A stretch of 40,184 bases of DNA. It comes from Desulfobacteraceae bacterium. Lineage in GTDB: Bacteria; Desulfobacterota; Desulfobacteria; Desulfobacterales; Desulfobacteraceae. Each line of letters opens with the position of its first letter. Within the stretch, counting starts at the first letter, position 1. Below are positions 26,355-35,499 of the stretch, one piece after another. The stretch lies in NCBI GenBank assembly GCA_004796375.1, contig QZLA01000205.1, forward strand, positions 1-40,184. The letters run 5' to 3'. Both the position numbers and the translations under genes were made by a program. Below the pieces are notes generated by a model. It saw only the letters and a list, made by a program, of their open reading frames with translations. It did not search any database and was not told where the DNA came from.

Positions 26355-28037
26355 ATGCGAAATCCTTTATCCTCTGATTGCCGATTCGGTCAAATGGGAC
26401 TGGATCCCCATGTTTTGAGCGGCATAGAAAAAGCCGGGTACGACACCCCGACCCCGATCCAGCAACTGGCGGTCCCGCCACTGATGGAAGGTACCGATGT
26501 GCTGGGGCAGGCACGGACCGGGACCGGTAAAACTGCCGCGTTTGCCCTTCCGCTGCTGTCACGTATCGATCTTGACAATAACCGCCCGCAGGTGCTGGTG
26601 CTCACCCCGACCCGCGAGCTGGCCATACAGGTGGCCCAGGCTTTTAAAACCCTGGGTGTGGACATGAAAAAGCTCAATGTCGCCACGATCTATGGTGGTC
26701 AGGGTTACGGCACCCAATTGAATCAGCTCAAGCGCGGTGCGCATATTGTGGTCGGAACCCCGGGGCGGCTCATGGATCATATGAGAAAGAAGACGCTTAG
26801 CCTGGCCGATTTATTCTGTGCCGTACTGGATGAGGCCGATGAGATGCTCCACATGGGGTTTATTGACGATGTGGAATGGATCCTTGAAAAGGCACCTGAG
26901 AACGCACAGAAAGCCTTGTTCTCGGCTACCATGCCGGGGCCTGTCAGGAACATATCAAAAAAATACCTCACCCGTCCCAAGGAACTCACGATCACGCCTG
27001 AAAACCATGAACTCGGGGCAATTACGCAACGATACTGGATTGTAAAGGGTGCCAGAAAAGTTGATGCACTCTCAAGGATATTGGAGGCGGCCTCGTCGGA
27101 CGGGGTCATGGTGTTTGTCAACACCCGGCAGGCAACCCTGGATGTGGCCAGGGAACTTGAGATAAAAGGGTTCAAGGTAGAAGCACTGAACGGAGATATT
27201 GCCCAGAATGCCAGGGAAAGGACCATCGCCCGGCTCAAGTCTGGAAATATCGATATCCTGGTGGCGACGGATGTGGCGGCCCGGGGCCTGGATGTCGACC
27301 GGATCACCCATGTGGTGAATTATGACATGCCGCCTAAAACGGAACCCTATATCCACCGGATCGGCAGGACCGGCCGGGCCGGCAGGCAGGGCGAGGCGAT
27401 CTTGTTTCTCAGACCCAAGGAGCGCTGGATGCTCAAGCATATTGAGCGGGCAACCCGGCAGAAGATCGTGAAAATGGAACTGCCTACCAATCAGGCCATT
27501 AACCAACAACGCATTGCCCGTTTCAAGGATCGCCTTTCAGCCGTAATGGCATCAGGTGGTCTGGAATCCATCAGCTCTGTTTTGGTTGAATATGCCGAAG
27601 AGAATCATCTGTCCCTGGAAACGGTTGCTGCGGCCTGTGCAAAGCTGGCCCATGGTGACACCCCCTTTCCGGTGGAAAGAACGAATCCGGCCAAAAAGTT
27701 TGATACACACCGGCAAGGGGATCAGATCCGGAAAGCGGAGGGCAAAACAATTAAGCAGGCAAAACCCCCAGAGCAAAGCGCTGAACCTGATGTTGAAAAA
27801 GGCATGGAACGGTACCGGATCGAGGTGGGCAAAAACCACGGTCTCAGGCCCGGGGATATCGTGGGGGCGATTGCCAATGAAGCCGGCCTTGCATCAAAAT
27901 ATATCGGTCATATTTCCATCAATCCCGAGTTTTCCCTGGTGGATCTGCCCTTTGGCATGCCCAAGAGCATCTTTAAATTGCTCAGGAAAACCTGGCTCAG
28001 GTCTCGACGGATGGATATTTCAAAATGTTCGGTGTAA
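26355..28037 (+). CDS. deaD: DEAD-box ATP-dependent RNA helicase (DeaD/CsdA type) with C-terminal DbpA-like RNA-binding domain
   Basis: 560 aa. The Q-motif reads TPTPIQ, Walker A is ARTGTGKT, the DEAD box is DEAD, the SAT motif is present, and HRIGRTGRAG follows. The C-terminal RYRIEVGKNHGLRPGDIVGAIANEAGL is DbpA-like. Confidence 0.9.
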   Translation: MRNPLSSDCRFGQMGLDPHVLSGIEKAGYDTPTPIQQLAVPPLMEGTDVLGQARTGTGKTAAFALPLLSRIDLDNNRPQVLVLTPTRELAIQVAQAFKTLGVDMKKLNVATIYGGQGYGTQLNQLKRGAHIVVGTPGRLMDHMRKKTLSLADLFCAVLDEADEMLHMGFIDDVEWILEKAPENAQKALFSATMPGPVRNISKKYLTRPKELTITPENHELGAITQRYWIVKGARKVDALSRILEAASSDGVMVFVNTRQATLDVARELEIKGFKVEALNGDIAQNARERTIARLKSGNIDILVATDVAARGLDVDRITHVVNYDMPPKTEPYIHRIGRTGRAGRQGEAILFLRPKERWMLKHIERATRQKIVKMELPTNQAINQQRIARFKDRLSAVMASGGLESISSVLVEYAEENHLSLETVAAACAKLAHGDTPFPVERTNPAKKFDTHRQGDQIRKAEGKTIKQAKPPEQSAEPDVEKGMERYRIEVGKNHGLRPGDIVGAIANEAGLASKYIGHISINPEFSLVDLPFGMPKSIFKLLRKTWLRSRRMDISKCSV

Positions 28038-28195
28038 CTGCTGATTCATAGAGTTGTGCCTGCCACACATAAGGATGGTGAGAAACAACACCAATTGGTT
28101 GTTTTTACCATTGTTTGAAAACGATAGGGGGTATCTGGCTGCCGGATTTCGGGCTAACCGATTGAAATTAGATGATATTTCGCTTTATCGGAAAG

Positions 28196-28210
28196 TGGCA
28201 CGCAACTTGC
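28196..28210 (+). promoter_or_regulatory. Sigma-54 (RpoN) promoter: TGGCACG-N4-TTGCT
   Basis: Exact match to the -24 GG / -12 GC consensus. TGGCAC lies at 28196-28201 and TTGC at 28207-28210. The site is ~135 nt upstream of the acyltransferase-3 gene start at 28344. Confidence 0.55.
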
Positions 28211-28343
28211 TCAGCACCTGCCTTGAATGATCCCTGCACCGATGACTTGACCATTCAGTTGTCCGACCCATGGGATCTTTAGGACACGTCTTGACTTTAA
28301 AGACGCAACCATTGAATCACAATGGACGCATAGGAGAAGGCAG

Positions 28344-30116
28344 ATGCATTCGGATGGCACCGGCAGGCGGTTTGAGTTGGATTGGATCCGGGTCATGGCG
28401 ACCCTGGCCGTGTTTCTATACCACAGCACCCGGTTTTTCAACCTGGGCGATTGGCACATTAAAGACAGCACCACCTTTGTATGGGTGGAGATATGGAACC
28501 GGTTTGCCACCATTTGGATCATGCCCCTGTTTTTCGTCATTTCCGGGGCAGGTCTCTTTTTCACACTGAAGCATGCCAACGGTTTCAAACGGTTTTACAC
28601 GGGTAAGTTTTCACGATTAATGGTTCCTGTCCTGCTGGCAACCGTGACACACAGTGCCCTGCAGATTTATCTTGAACGGGTCACCCATGGACAGTTTACC
28701 GGATCGTTTTTTTCATTTCTGCCGACCTACTTTTCCGGCCTGTATCTGTTTATCGGCAGTGCCGGGAATTATGCTTTTCACGGCATGCACCTGTGGTTTC
28801 TTCTTTTCTTATTCCTCTACAGCCTCTTGTGCTATCCGTTATTCAAATGGATGCAGGGAGGCGGTCAAGGCATTGTACAGCGAATCACCGGAATAACGGC
28901 CCATCCCGGATGGATCATTCCGTGGTTTGCCATTCCCCTTCTGGTGGTAAAATGGGGTGTTCCCCCGGGGGTGGCCGGTATCGGTAGCGGCGGCTGGGGA
29001 TTTGTGTACTATATCTGGTTTCTGGTTGCAGGGTTTATCATTGTATCCAGCCATAGAATGCTACACTGCATCAAGCAAAGCATGATGCTCTCCATGGTCC
29101 TGGCAATCCTTTTGTCCACGATGTATCTTTACGGGCAGTTCATCCCTGTCGGGGTTTCATTGCCGGTACCCGGTCCCTGGGGGCTTTCGCTGCTGCGCTG
29201 TCTAAGTGTCTGGGCCTGGATATTCACCTTCCTGGGGGCAGGTATGAGATACCTGTCTTTTGATCATCCAGTCCTGGGGCAGCTCAATGAGGGGGTCCTG
29301 CCGTTTTATATTCTTCACCAGACCATCCTGCTTATGATCGGGTATCTTGTTATTCCTCTTGAAATTCATACCCTCTTGAAATGGAGCGTGATTACCCTGG
29401 GATCTTTCCTGGTGATCGTTGGTGTGTACTGGGCAGTGATAAGGCCGGTGAATATGCTGCGTTTTTTCTTTGGGATGAAAACCGCTCACCCGTTTTACAA
29501 TCTGTTCAAGAGACCTGTGGTGTCGCTGCTACCATTGCTGGTGTATATCGGAATGATCATGTTTGCAGCAATGAATCCATCCGCAGGATTCGCGGCAAAC
29601 CGCTCACCCAAACCCATTGTCTTTGATAAAAACAATGATATTGTCCTGAATAGCCGTGCCATCACCCACGACTCCGGCACAGGGGTTGCCGTGATCAATG
29701 ACAGCAGCGCCTCGACCGGACAGGCCATTGAGTTCGATAGCGGAGCGAGTCCGACGGCCATGGCAGACCCCGAGGTTTTTGTCGACCTGGGATTCGGGGC
29801 ACCCGCAGGCAGGTATCTGCTCTGGGTCAGGGGCAGGTGTGATACCGGCAGTGTTTACTCTGATTCCGTTTGGGTGCAGGCGGATCACCAGATCGGGACC
29901 TCCCACGGCAGGGTGCTGGGAAACTGGCAGGATATCCATCCGGCCGGCAGCTATGCCTGGGCCGGCAACAGTATGAATCCGGTGGCCATCCTGCTCAGGT
30001 ATTCAGGCAGTCATATCCTCCGGATCCAGCCACGGCAGACGCCCCACAGGATCGATCAGATCTGGTTGAGCCGCAGCCAGCAGCATATGCCGGATACATC
30101 AGACCCGATCAGGTAA
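28344..30116 (+). CDS. Acyltransferase family 3 (OafA/YrhL-type) membrane protein with C-terminal ~180 aa soluble beta-sandwich-like domain (not SGNH)
   Basis: 590 aa. N-terminus FELDWIRVMATLAVFLYH matches the AT3 signature (RxxxLDxxR...H). About 10 TM helices follow. The C-terminal region VFDKNNDIVLNSRAITHDSG...YLLWVRGRCDTGSVYSDSVWVQAD is hydrophilic. Confidence 0.75.
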   Translation: MHSDGTGRRFELDWIRVMATLAVFLYHSTRFFNLGDWHIKDSTTFVWVEIWNRFATIWIMPLFFVISGAGLFFTLKHANGFKRFYTGKFSRLMVPVLLATVTHSALQIYLERVTHGQFTGSFFSFLPTYFSGLYLFIGSAGNYAFHGMHLWFLLFLFLYSLLCYPLFKWMQGGGQGIVQRITGITAHPGWIIPWFAIPLLVVKWGVPPGVAGIGSGGWGFVYYIWFLVAGFIIVSSHRMLHCIKQSMMLSMVLAILLSTMYLYGQFIPVGVSLPVPGPWGLSLLRCLSVWAWIFTFLGAGMRYLSFDHPVLGQLNEGVLPFYILHQTILLMIGYLVIPLEIHTLLKWSVITLGSFLVIVGVYWAVIRPVNMLRFFFGMKTAHPFYNLFKRPVVSLLPLLVYIGMIMFAAMNPSAGFAANRSPKPIVFDKNNDIVLNSRAITHDSGTGVAVINDSSASTGQAIEFDSGASPTAMADPEVFVDLGFGAPAGRYLLWVRGRCDTGSVYSDSVWVQADHQIGTSHGRVLGNWQDIHPAGSYAWAGNSMNPVAILLRYSGSHILRIQPRQTPHRIDQIWLSRSQQHMPDTSDPIR

Positions 30117-30144
30117 TCCTGGCAGGGCATGTGGAATGTCGGGA

Positions 30145-30654
30145 TCATGTTTTATAGGTATCAATCAGCTTGAGCTGAAGTGTTTTCCGATTGACCTTCA
30201 AAAGTTTGAAGGTTGAATTGCCGACGCGAATGCCCTTTTGGGCATCTGCCTTTGAAATAAAACGGGGATAGGCGGATTCCGGGTCAAGTTCAAGCAGGAA
30301 AACATCGAGATGGATCATCTTTTTTTCCAGTCCCTTGAAAACCAGCCGGGTTTTATTAACCGTGATGCTTTTGTCTTTCCTTAACACAATCCTAGTGCCG
30401 AAAATCTTTGAGTCTTCCTGGAATTCAGGGATGGCTCTTCTCTGGCTGGTGTCCTGTAAAAAACTGTTGTTGCGCCAGTCAACAAAAAAATAAATATAAG
30501 AACCGATTGCGGTAATCAGGCCGGTGATGATCAGCATTGAAAAAATGCCGGCTTTATCGATATTGGGTTTCATGGTCGTTCCAAGTTTCCTTTTTTTTAA
30601 AACAAAGTAGCCTTTATACATTAAAAAAACCAAAAGGGTCAAGGTGTAACCCAA
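30145..30654 (-). CDS. Hypothetical small membrane-anchored protein
   Basis: 169 aa ORF (or 143 aa from the Met at 30573). It has an N-terminal TM helix and a ~110 aa soluble domain. It resembles no family I recognise. Confidence 0.35.
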   Translation of the reverse strand: MGYTLTLLVFLMYKGYFVLKKRKLGTTMKPNIDKAGIFSMLIITGLITAIGSYIYFFVDWRNNSFLQDTSQRRAIPEFQEDSKIFGTRIVLRKDKSITVNKTRLVFKGLEKKMIHLDVFLLELDPESAYPRFISKADAQKGIRVGNSTFKLLKVNRKTLQLKLIDTYKT

Positions 30655-30915
30655 TGATTTTTTAGTGTTTTACCCCACAATAGCAGGCCGGAGTTAACAG
30701 GGGCTTAATCTGCAACTAAATATTGCCTAATTTGTACGTTTTTGAGTTTCTTATCGGAATTTTGCCGGATCGCCCATCGATTCTCGGATGATTTTTCAAA
30801 GGTCTTTTATGAATCATATTGATCACAGGGCAGGTTTAGGGTAAAAATGGCGTTGACTGGAGAGATTTGATCCGGATAAACGATTGGATGATGCTCATAT
30901 TAAGCGTGGTTACAT

Positions 30916-32370
30916 TTGAATTATAAGTCTATCACAAATGTTTTTGGAAAACTGATGATCATTACCGGTGTGTCAATGGTCTTCCCTTTGATCTGTTCGC
31001 TGTATTACAAACAGGACGACCTGTATTCCATTGCCGTTACCGGTGTGTTAACTGTTGCGATTGGATATCCGCTATGGTGGTTCTTTCGAAGGCATGATGA
31101 ATTGAACATCAAGGATGGTTTTTTCATTGCGGTTTTCGGATGGGTCCTGATCTCAGCCGTGTCAGCCGTACCGTATGTGATACACGGTTCTATCCCCTCG
31201 TTTACCGATGCATTTTTTGAAATGATGTCCGGCTATACCACCAGCGGGGCCACCATTCTGGAAGATATCGAAATCGTTCCAAAAGGTCTGATTTTCTGGC
31301 GCAGCCAGACCCATTTTCTGGGTGGGATGGGCTTTTTAACCCTGACTGTTATATTTTTACCCCATGGCATGGGCGGGCTGCGGATCTTCCGGGCAGAATC
31401 CAGCCCCGGACAGGTCATTACCAAGGAAAAATTTGTTCCCCGTAACCGGGATACCATGATCTGGCTATGGGGAATCTATATTGCCCTGAACCTTGCTCAA
31501 ACCCTGATGTTATGTCTGGGGGGGATGTCGGTGTTTGATTCCCTGTGCCATGCCTTCGGGACCGTGTCAACTTCGGGTTACTCACCCTATAATGCCAGCA
31601 TCGGGCACTATAACAATGCATACTTTGACTGGGTCATCACTGTTTTCATGTTCCTGGGCGGCATGACATTCATGTTGTTTTACTTCATGGTGATGAGGAA
31701 CTGGCGTGCCATAAGAATCAATACCGAATTCTGGTGGTATTTGGGGTTCATGCTCTTTTTCTGCGGATCCGTCTCGTTGATCCTCTGGAGTTCCAATACA
31801 TACGACCTGATCGATTCACTCCGCTATGCCTGTTTTCAGGTGACCTCCATTTTGACCACCACCGGGTTCACAACAGCCGATTATGAGCTGTGGCCCAATT
31901 CCGCCCAGATGTTTCTTTATATGGTCTGTTTTATCGGTGCCTGCGCTGGTTCAACCACCAGCGGCATTAAGGTGGTCCACTACGTGGTCATCTGCAAATT
32001 CGGTGCAGCTGCCATCAAGCGTATCTTTTTCAGCCCCATGTCAGTGGTATCGATCCGGTTGAATCAGCGGCCGGTGGACAATTCGATCATCTATCTGTCT
32101 GTCTGTTATTTCATTGTCAACATATTCCTGCTGCTCGGCGGGGGGTGTGTCATGTCACTCACCGACAATATGGACCCGACCACGGCCATGAGTTCGGTCA
32201 TTGCCACATTGATGAACATCGGCCCCGGGTTTGGCGGGGTGGGGCCGACAAAGAATTATGCCTTTATTTCAGATGCAGGCAAGTGGTTCCTCTCCTGGAA
32301 CATGCTGGTGGGCCGTTTGGAAATGTTTTCCGCACTGGTGGTCTTTTATCCGTCTTTTTGGAAAAAATAG
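30916..32370 (+). CDS. trkH: TrkH/KtrB-family potassium transporter membrane subunit (TTG start)
   Basis: 484 aa. N-terminus NYKSITNVFGKLMIITGVSMVFPLICSLYY is collinear with the E. coli TrkH N-terminus. It has a four-fold MPM architecture with GG-containing selectivity loops. Confidence 0.85.
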   Translation: MNYKSITNVFGKLMIITGVSMVFPLICSLYYKQDDLYSIAVTGVLTVAIGYPLWWFFRRHDELNIKDGFFIAVFGWVLISAVSAVPYVIHGSIPSFTDAFFEMMSGYTTSGATILEDIEIVPKGLIFWRSQTHFLGGMGFLTLTVIFLPHGMGGLRIFRAESSPGQVITKEKFVPRNRDTMIWLWGIYIALNLAQTLMLCLGGMSVFDSLCHAFGTVSTSGYSPYNASIGHYNNAYFDWVITVFMFLGGMTFMLFYFMVMRNWRAIRINTEFWWYLGFMLFFCGSVSLILWSSNTYDLIDSLRYACFQVTSILTTTGFTTADYELWPNSAQMFLYMVCFIGACAGSTTSGIKVVHYVVICKFGAAAIKRIFFSPMSVVSIRLNQRPVDNSIIYLSVCYFIVNIFLLLGGGCVMSLTDNMDPTTAMSSVIATLMNIGPGFGGVGPTKNYAFISDAGKWFLSWNMLVGRLEMFSALVVFYPSFWKK

Positions 32371-32372
32371 GG

Positions 32373-33785
32373 TCAGGCCAGGAACAATTTCTGGACATCC
32401 TTCAGGTGCTGTGACATGCAGATCACTATAACGGCTTCATTGCTCCGAACATGTGTGTCACCTACGGCCACCTGCCATGCACCATCCCGGAAGATCCCTC
32501 CGATCATGATCTTTTTATTGTAATAGGACCCCAGCTTGGAGAGCGGTTTAAGGGTAATGGGAGATTCAGGCGCAGCAACAATTTCAACCATTTCCGTGTC
32601 AAATCCATGGAGATGGGCAACACTGATCAGTTCCCCTCTGCGAATGAACTGAAGGATCTTGTTGCTGGCCAGAATTTTTTTATTCAACGCCAGGTCCGAT
32701 CCCATGGTTGTTGCCAGCACCACATAGTCTTCCTTGTTAACCAGTGCGATGGACTTGCTCTGTATGCCGCCTTTTTTTCCCTTGCCCTGGGATGTCATCA
32801 AGTGCTTGGCAAGCACACAGCTCATGATGTTGGTTTCGTTTTCCCCGGTGGCAGTGATAAAGGTATCCATGTCCAGCAACCCGGCGGATACCAGCACGTC
32901 CGAATCTGAACCGTCACCATGCAGTATCTCGGTGTTTTTCAGCGAAAATGACAGCTCCTGGGCGGTCTGTTCATCTTTCTCGATCAGCCTGACTTCAACG
33001 GATTTGCCCAGTAAATCGGCTACACGGCTTCCCACAAGCCCGCCGCCGATAATCATGACCCGGTGTTGCTGCTGCTGCTGGACGCCGGTCAGGCCCATCA
33101 GCCGGCTCAAGTTTTCTGTGCTGGCCATGAAGAAGGCCTGATCCTGGGGTAACAGCTCATCATCTCCCCCTGGAATCAGGGTTTTGATCCCCCGTGCAAT
33201 CGCCACCACCCGGAACGGAAATTCATTGTATTCCATGGAGATATCCTTGAGCTTGCGGTAAGCCAGTGGTGATTCCTCGTGAATACGGGTGGCCATGGCC
33301 TGAATACGTCCCTTGGCCGCAGCGATGATATCATTTCCCGCGCGAAGCTTGATCAATCGAAAGACCTCCTGGGCAGCCAGCTCTTCCGGATGGATGATCA
33401 GATCAATTTTAAGATCACTGGCACTCATGAGGGAATCCTTACCCTCAAAGAAATCCATTGTCCGTACACGGGCGATCTTGCGCGGAATGCCAAAACGGTC
33501 ACCGATCATACAGCTCATCATGTTCACCGCATCGTTGTTGGTGACCGAGATTAGATAGTCCATTTTCTCAGCATCCGCTTCGCGCCAGCATTTGATATCC
33601 ATGGCATTGCCATGGATCAGCCGGGCGTCCAGGTTGCCGTCGGCATAGCTGATCAATGCCCTGTCCGGTTCGATGGCGGTAATGGCATATCCTTCATGAA
33701 CCAGGCGTTTGGCAAGGTAAAATCCCACGCCGCCCAGTCCGAGGATCAAAATATTCGTTGCTTTTGTCGGTTTCTTTCCAATCAT
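32373..33785 (-). CDS. trkA: Trk system potassium uptake protein TrkA (tandem RCK/NAD-binding domains)
   Basis: 470 aa. Two Rossmann GxGxxG motifs are present (ILGLGGVGFYLAKRL and IIGGGLVGSRVADLL), each followed by an RCK_C-like segment. It is convergent with trkH with a 2-nt gap. Confidence 0.9.
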   Translation of the reverse strand: MIGKKPTKATNILILGLGGVGFYLAKRLVHEGYAITAIEPDRALISYADGNLDARLIHGNAMDIKCWREADAEKMDYLISVTNNDAVNMMSCMIGDRFGIPRKIARVRTMDFFEGKDSLMSASDLKIDLIIHPEELAAQEVFRLIKLRAGNDIIAAAKGRIQAMATRIHEESPLAYRKLKDISMEYNEFPFRVVAIARGIKTLIPGGDDELLPQDQAFFMASTENLSRLMGLTGVQQQQQHRVMIIGGGLVGSRVADLLGKSVEVRLIEKDEQTAQELSFSLKNTEILHGDGSDSDVLVSAGLLDMDTFITATGENETNIMSCVLAKHLMTSQGKGKKGGIQSKSIALVNKEDYVVLATTMGSDLALNKKILASNKILQFIRRGELISVAHLHGFDTEMVEIVAAPESPITLKPLSKLGSYYNKKIMIGGIFRDGAWQVAVGDTHVRSNEAVIVICMSQHLKDVQKLFLA

Positions 33786-34000
33786 ATGTCAAACTGTCTT
33801 TTAGGGTTGTCCCACCTGATGTCAGTAATGGTAATCCAATACTAGATACCCCGGGTATTGTCAACTTTACCGGTACCCAGGATGTTTTTCATCCACGCGT
33901 CTACAGTGAAACGCATCATAGCTTGAATCCCCCTGAACTCGAAATGAATGGCGGCAAAGGGAGGATATTAATTATTTGTAATTTAAACAAAAAGAAACCA

Positions 34001-34030
34001 TTGACAACACCATGTAAAGTTTTTTATAAT
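34001..34030 (+). promoter_or_regulatory. Near-consensus sigma-70 promoter (TTGACA, 18-nt spacer, TATAAT)
   Basis: -35 TTGACA lies at 34001-34006 and -10 TATAAT at 34025-34030. It drives a ~180 nt leader ahead of the ATG at 34219. Confidence 0.5.
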
Positions 34031-34218
34031 CGTCTGTGACTGAGCGCTCGCTCGGTGGATTTGGTTAGGTAAGACGTACTCATAAAAGTTGACTATGATT
34101 AAAAAAGGACAGAAAACCTCGATCTTTTTAATTGTCAATCTTCAGTCGAGAATGTTCAGCAGCTCACCAATGGTACCCGCAGATTCGATCTGAAAGATGG
34201 CAGGAAAGGAAAGGAACC

Positions 34219-35394
34219 ATGACAAACCTCTATCTTGCAAAAAATCAATTGGCAGGGAAAAAAGTGGAACTCAGCGACATCACCATCAGGGATGGTCTGC
34301 AGTCGCTGGAGACCGTTATTGACACCGATACCAAGGTCAAATATCTGGAAGGTTTGATCCTGGCTGGATTCAAACGCATGGAGGCCACCAATTACGGCCA
34401 CCCGAAATTTGTCCCCTTTTTTCCTGACGCGACTGAAGTGTTAAAGCGCCTGCTGAACAGTGAAACCAAGGGACCGGACGGAAAAACCGTTGGTGAAATG
34501 ATGAAGCAGAACGGCGGTGATGTGGAACTGACGGCAGTGGCCATACATGAAAGCGGCGCTGCAAGGGCGTTTAAAGATTTTGATGCCGGGCATGGCCCTG
34601 ACCGTATCCTGCAGATGACCTCTACCTGCCCTGAACATCAAAGGGCCAATTCAGGCAAGACCCATGACCAGTATTTTGAAATGACCGAGCAGGTCATTAA
34701 AGAGGCTCATAGCCGCGGGATGGTGGTCAACGGCACGGTCAGCACCATCTGGGGCAGCCCCTTTGAAAAGTTCAATAAGCAATACAGTATGGACGAGAAA
34801 CTGGATATTGCCATCTCTTTTGTGAAGCGGTATTTGAATTGCGGGGCAGATGATATCGAGCTTGCTGATCATGACGGTTCGGTGACGGACTATCACAAGT
34901 CCTTTGAATTTTTCAGCCGTGTCCTTGATCCCCAGGAGATGGGGACCGGACCGGACGGCCGGAACTATGCCGATCCCGAACTTTACATTGCCCACTTTCA
35001 TACCATGAATATGGCCTCGGCCCTGAGGAATGCAGCGGCTGCGCTCAAGGCCGGGATTATCCGTTTTGAATCCTGTCTTTCCGGTATCGGCGGACAGCCG
35101 GCCAACGCCGTGGACGGCGTGACCATTGAAGGACGGGAAGGGGATTATTACAGCGATCATTTCAACCACGGGTTGATCTCAACCGAAGACATGGTGACCA
35201 TGTTTCACCAGATCGGGGTGGATACCGGCATTGATCAAGACATGCTCATCAGCCTTGGAACAGATTTCAGGAAAGACGTTGTGGATACCTTTGAGGCCCA
35301 GCAGAAAAAATTGGGTCGTGAATACATGAAGTGCCGTTCCTATATGCTGACCACCGGAAAACTGCCGGAAAGCGTCACCCAGCTATACCAGTAG
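34219..35394 (+). CDS. DRE-TIM metallolyase family protein, HMG-CoA lyase-like (HMGL-like / pyruvate carboxyltransferase domain)
   Basis: Start at the internal Met of the 34132 ORF, which has an RBS. ITIRDGLQS corresponds to the PRDGLQN motif. HFHTMNMASALRNAAAALKAGIIRFESCLSGIGGQPA aligns with HMG-CoA lyase HCHDTYGQALAN...VAGLGGCPYA. Confidence 0.65.
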   Translation: MTNLYLAKNQLAGKKVELSDITIRDGLQSLETVIDTDTKVKYLEGLILAGFKRMEATNYGHPKFVPFFPDATEVLKRLLNSETKGPDGKTVGEMMKQNGGDVELTAVAIHESGAARAFKDFDAGHGPDRILQMTSTCPEHQRANSGKTHDQYFEMTEQVIKEAHSRGMVVNGTVSTIWGSPFEKFNKQYSMDEKLDIAISFVKRYLNCGADDIELADHDGSVTDYHKSFEFFSRVLDPQEMGTGPDGRNYADPELYIAHFHTMNMASALRNAAAALKAGIIRFESCLSGIGGQPANAVDGVTIEGREGDYYSDHFNHGLISTEDMVTMFHQIGVDTGIDQDMLISLGTDFRKDVVDTFEAQQKKLGREYMKCRSYMLTTGKLPESVTQLYQ

Positions 35395-35499
35395 AATAAC
35401 GTTCTTATCTCTTGCCGCCGGCAGGGTCTGAAAGCGGATCGCACGCACCCGATTGGTTTTCGGTCCTGCCGGCCGGCTTTTACCCCCTGCTCCGTTTCC

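Noticed and set aside
30916-30918. Non-ATG (TTG) start for trkH raised suspicion of a mis-called start
   Set aside because: The N-terminal residues translated from the TTG (NYKSITNVFGKLMIITG...) are collinear with the conserved TrkH N-terminus. The first in-frame ATG (30955) would delete conserved residues. The TTG start is kept.
33061-33075. CTG/CAG trinucleotide run (GCTGCTGCTGCTG) as a possible repeat element
   Set aside because: It encodes a short poly-Gln linker (QQQQQ) between the two RCK domains of TrkA. That is coding low-complexity, not a repeat feature.
35418-35480. GC-rich inverted repeats (CCGGCAGG ... CCTGCCGG, GCCGGCCGGC followed by TTTTAC) between the convergent HMGL-like and fusion-permease genes
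   Set aside because: The stems are short or widely separated and the U-tract is weak. This is plausibly a weak bidirectional terminator, but it is not convincing enough to call as a feature.
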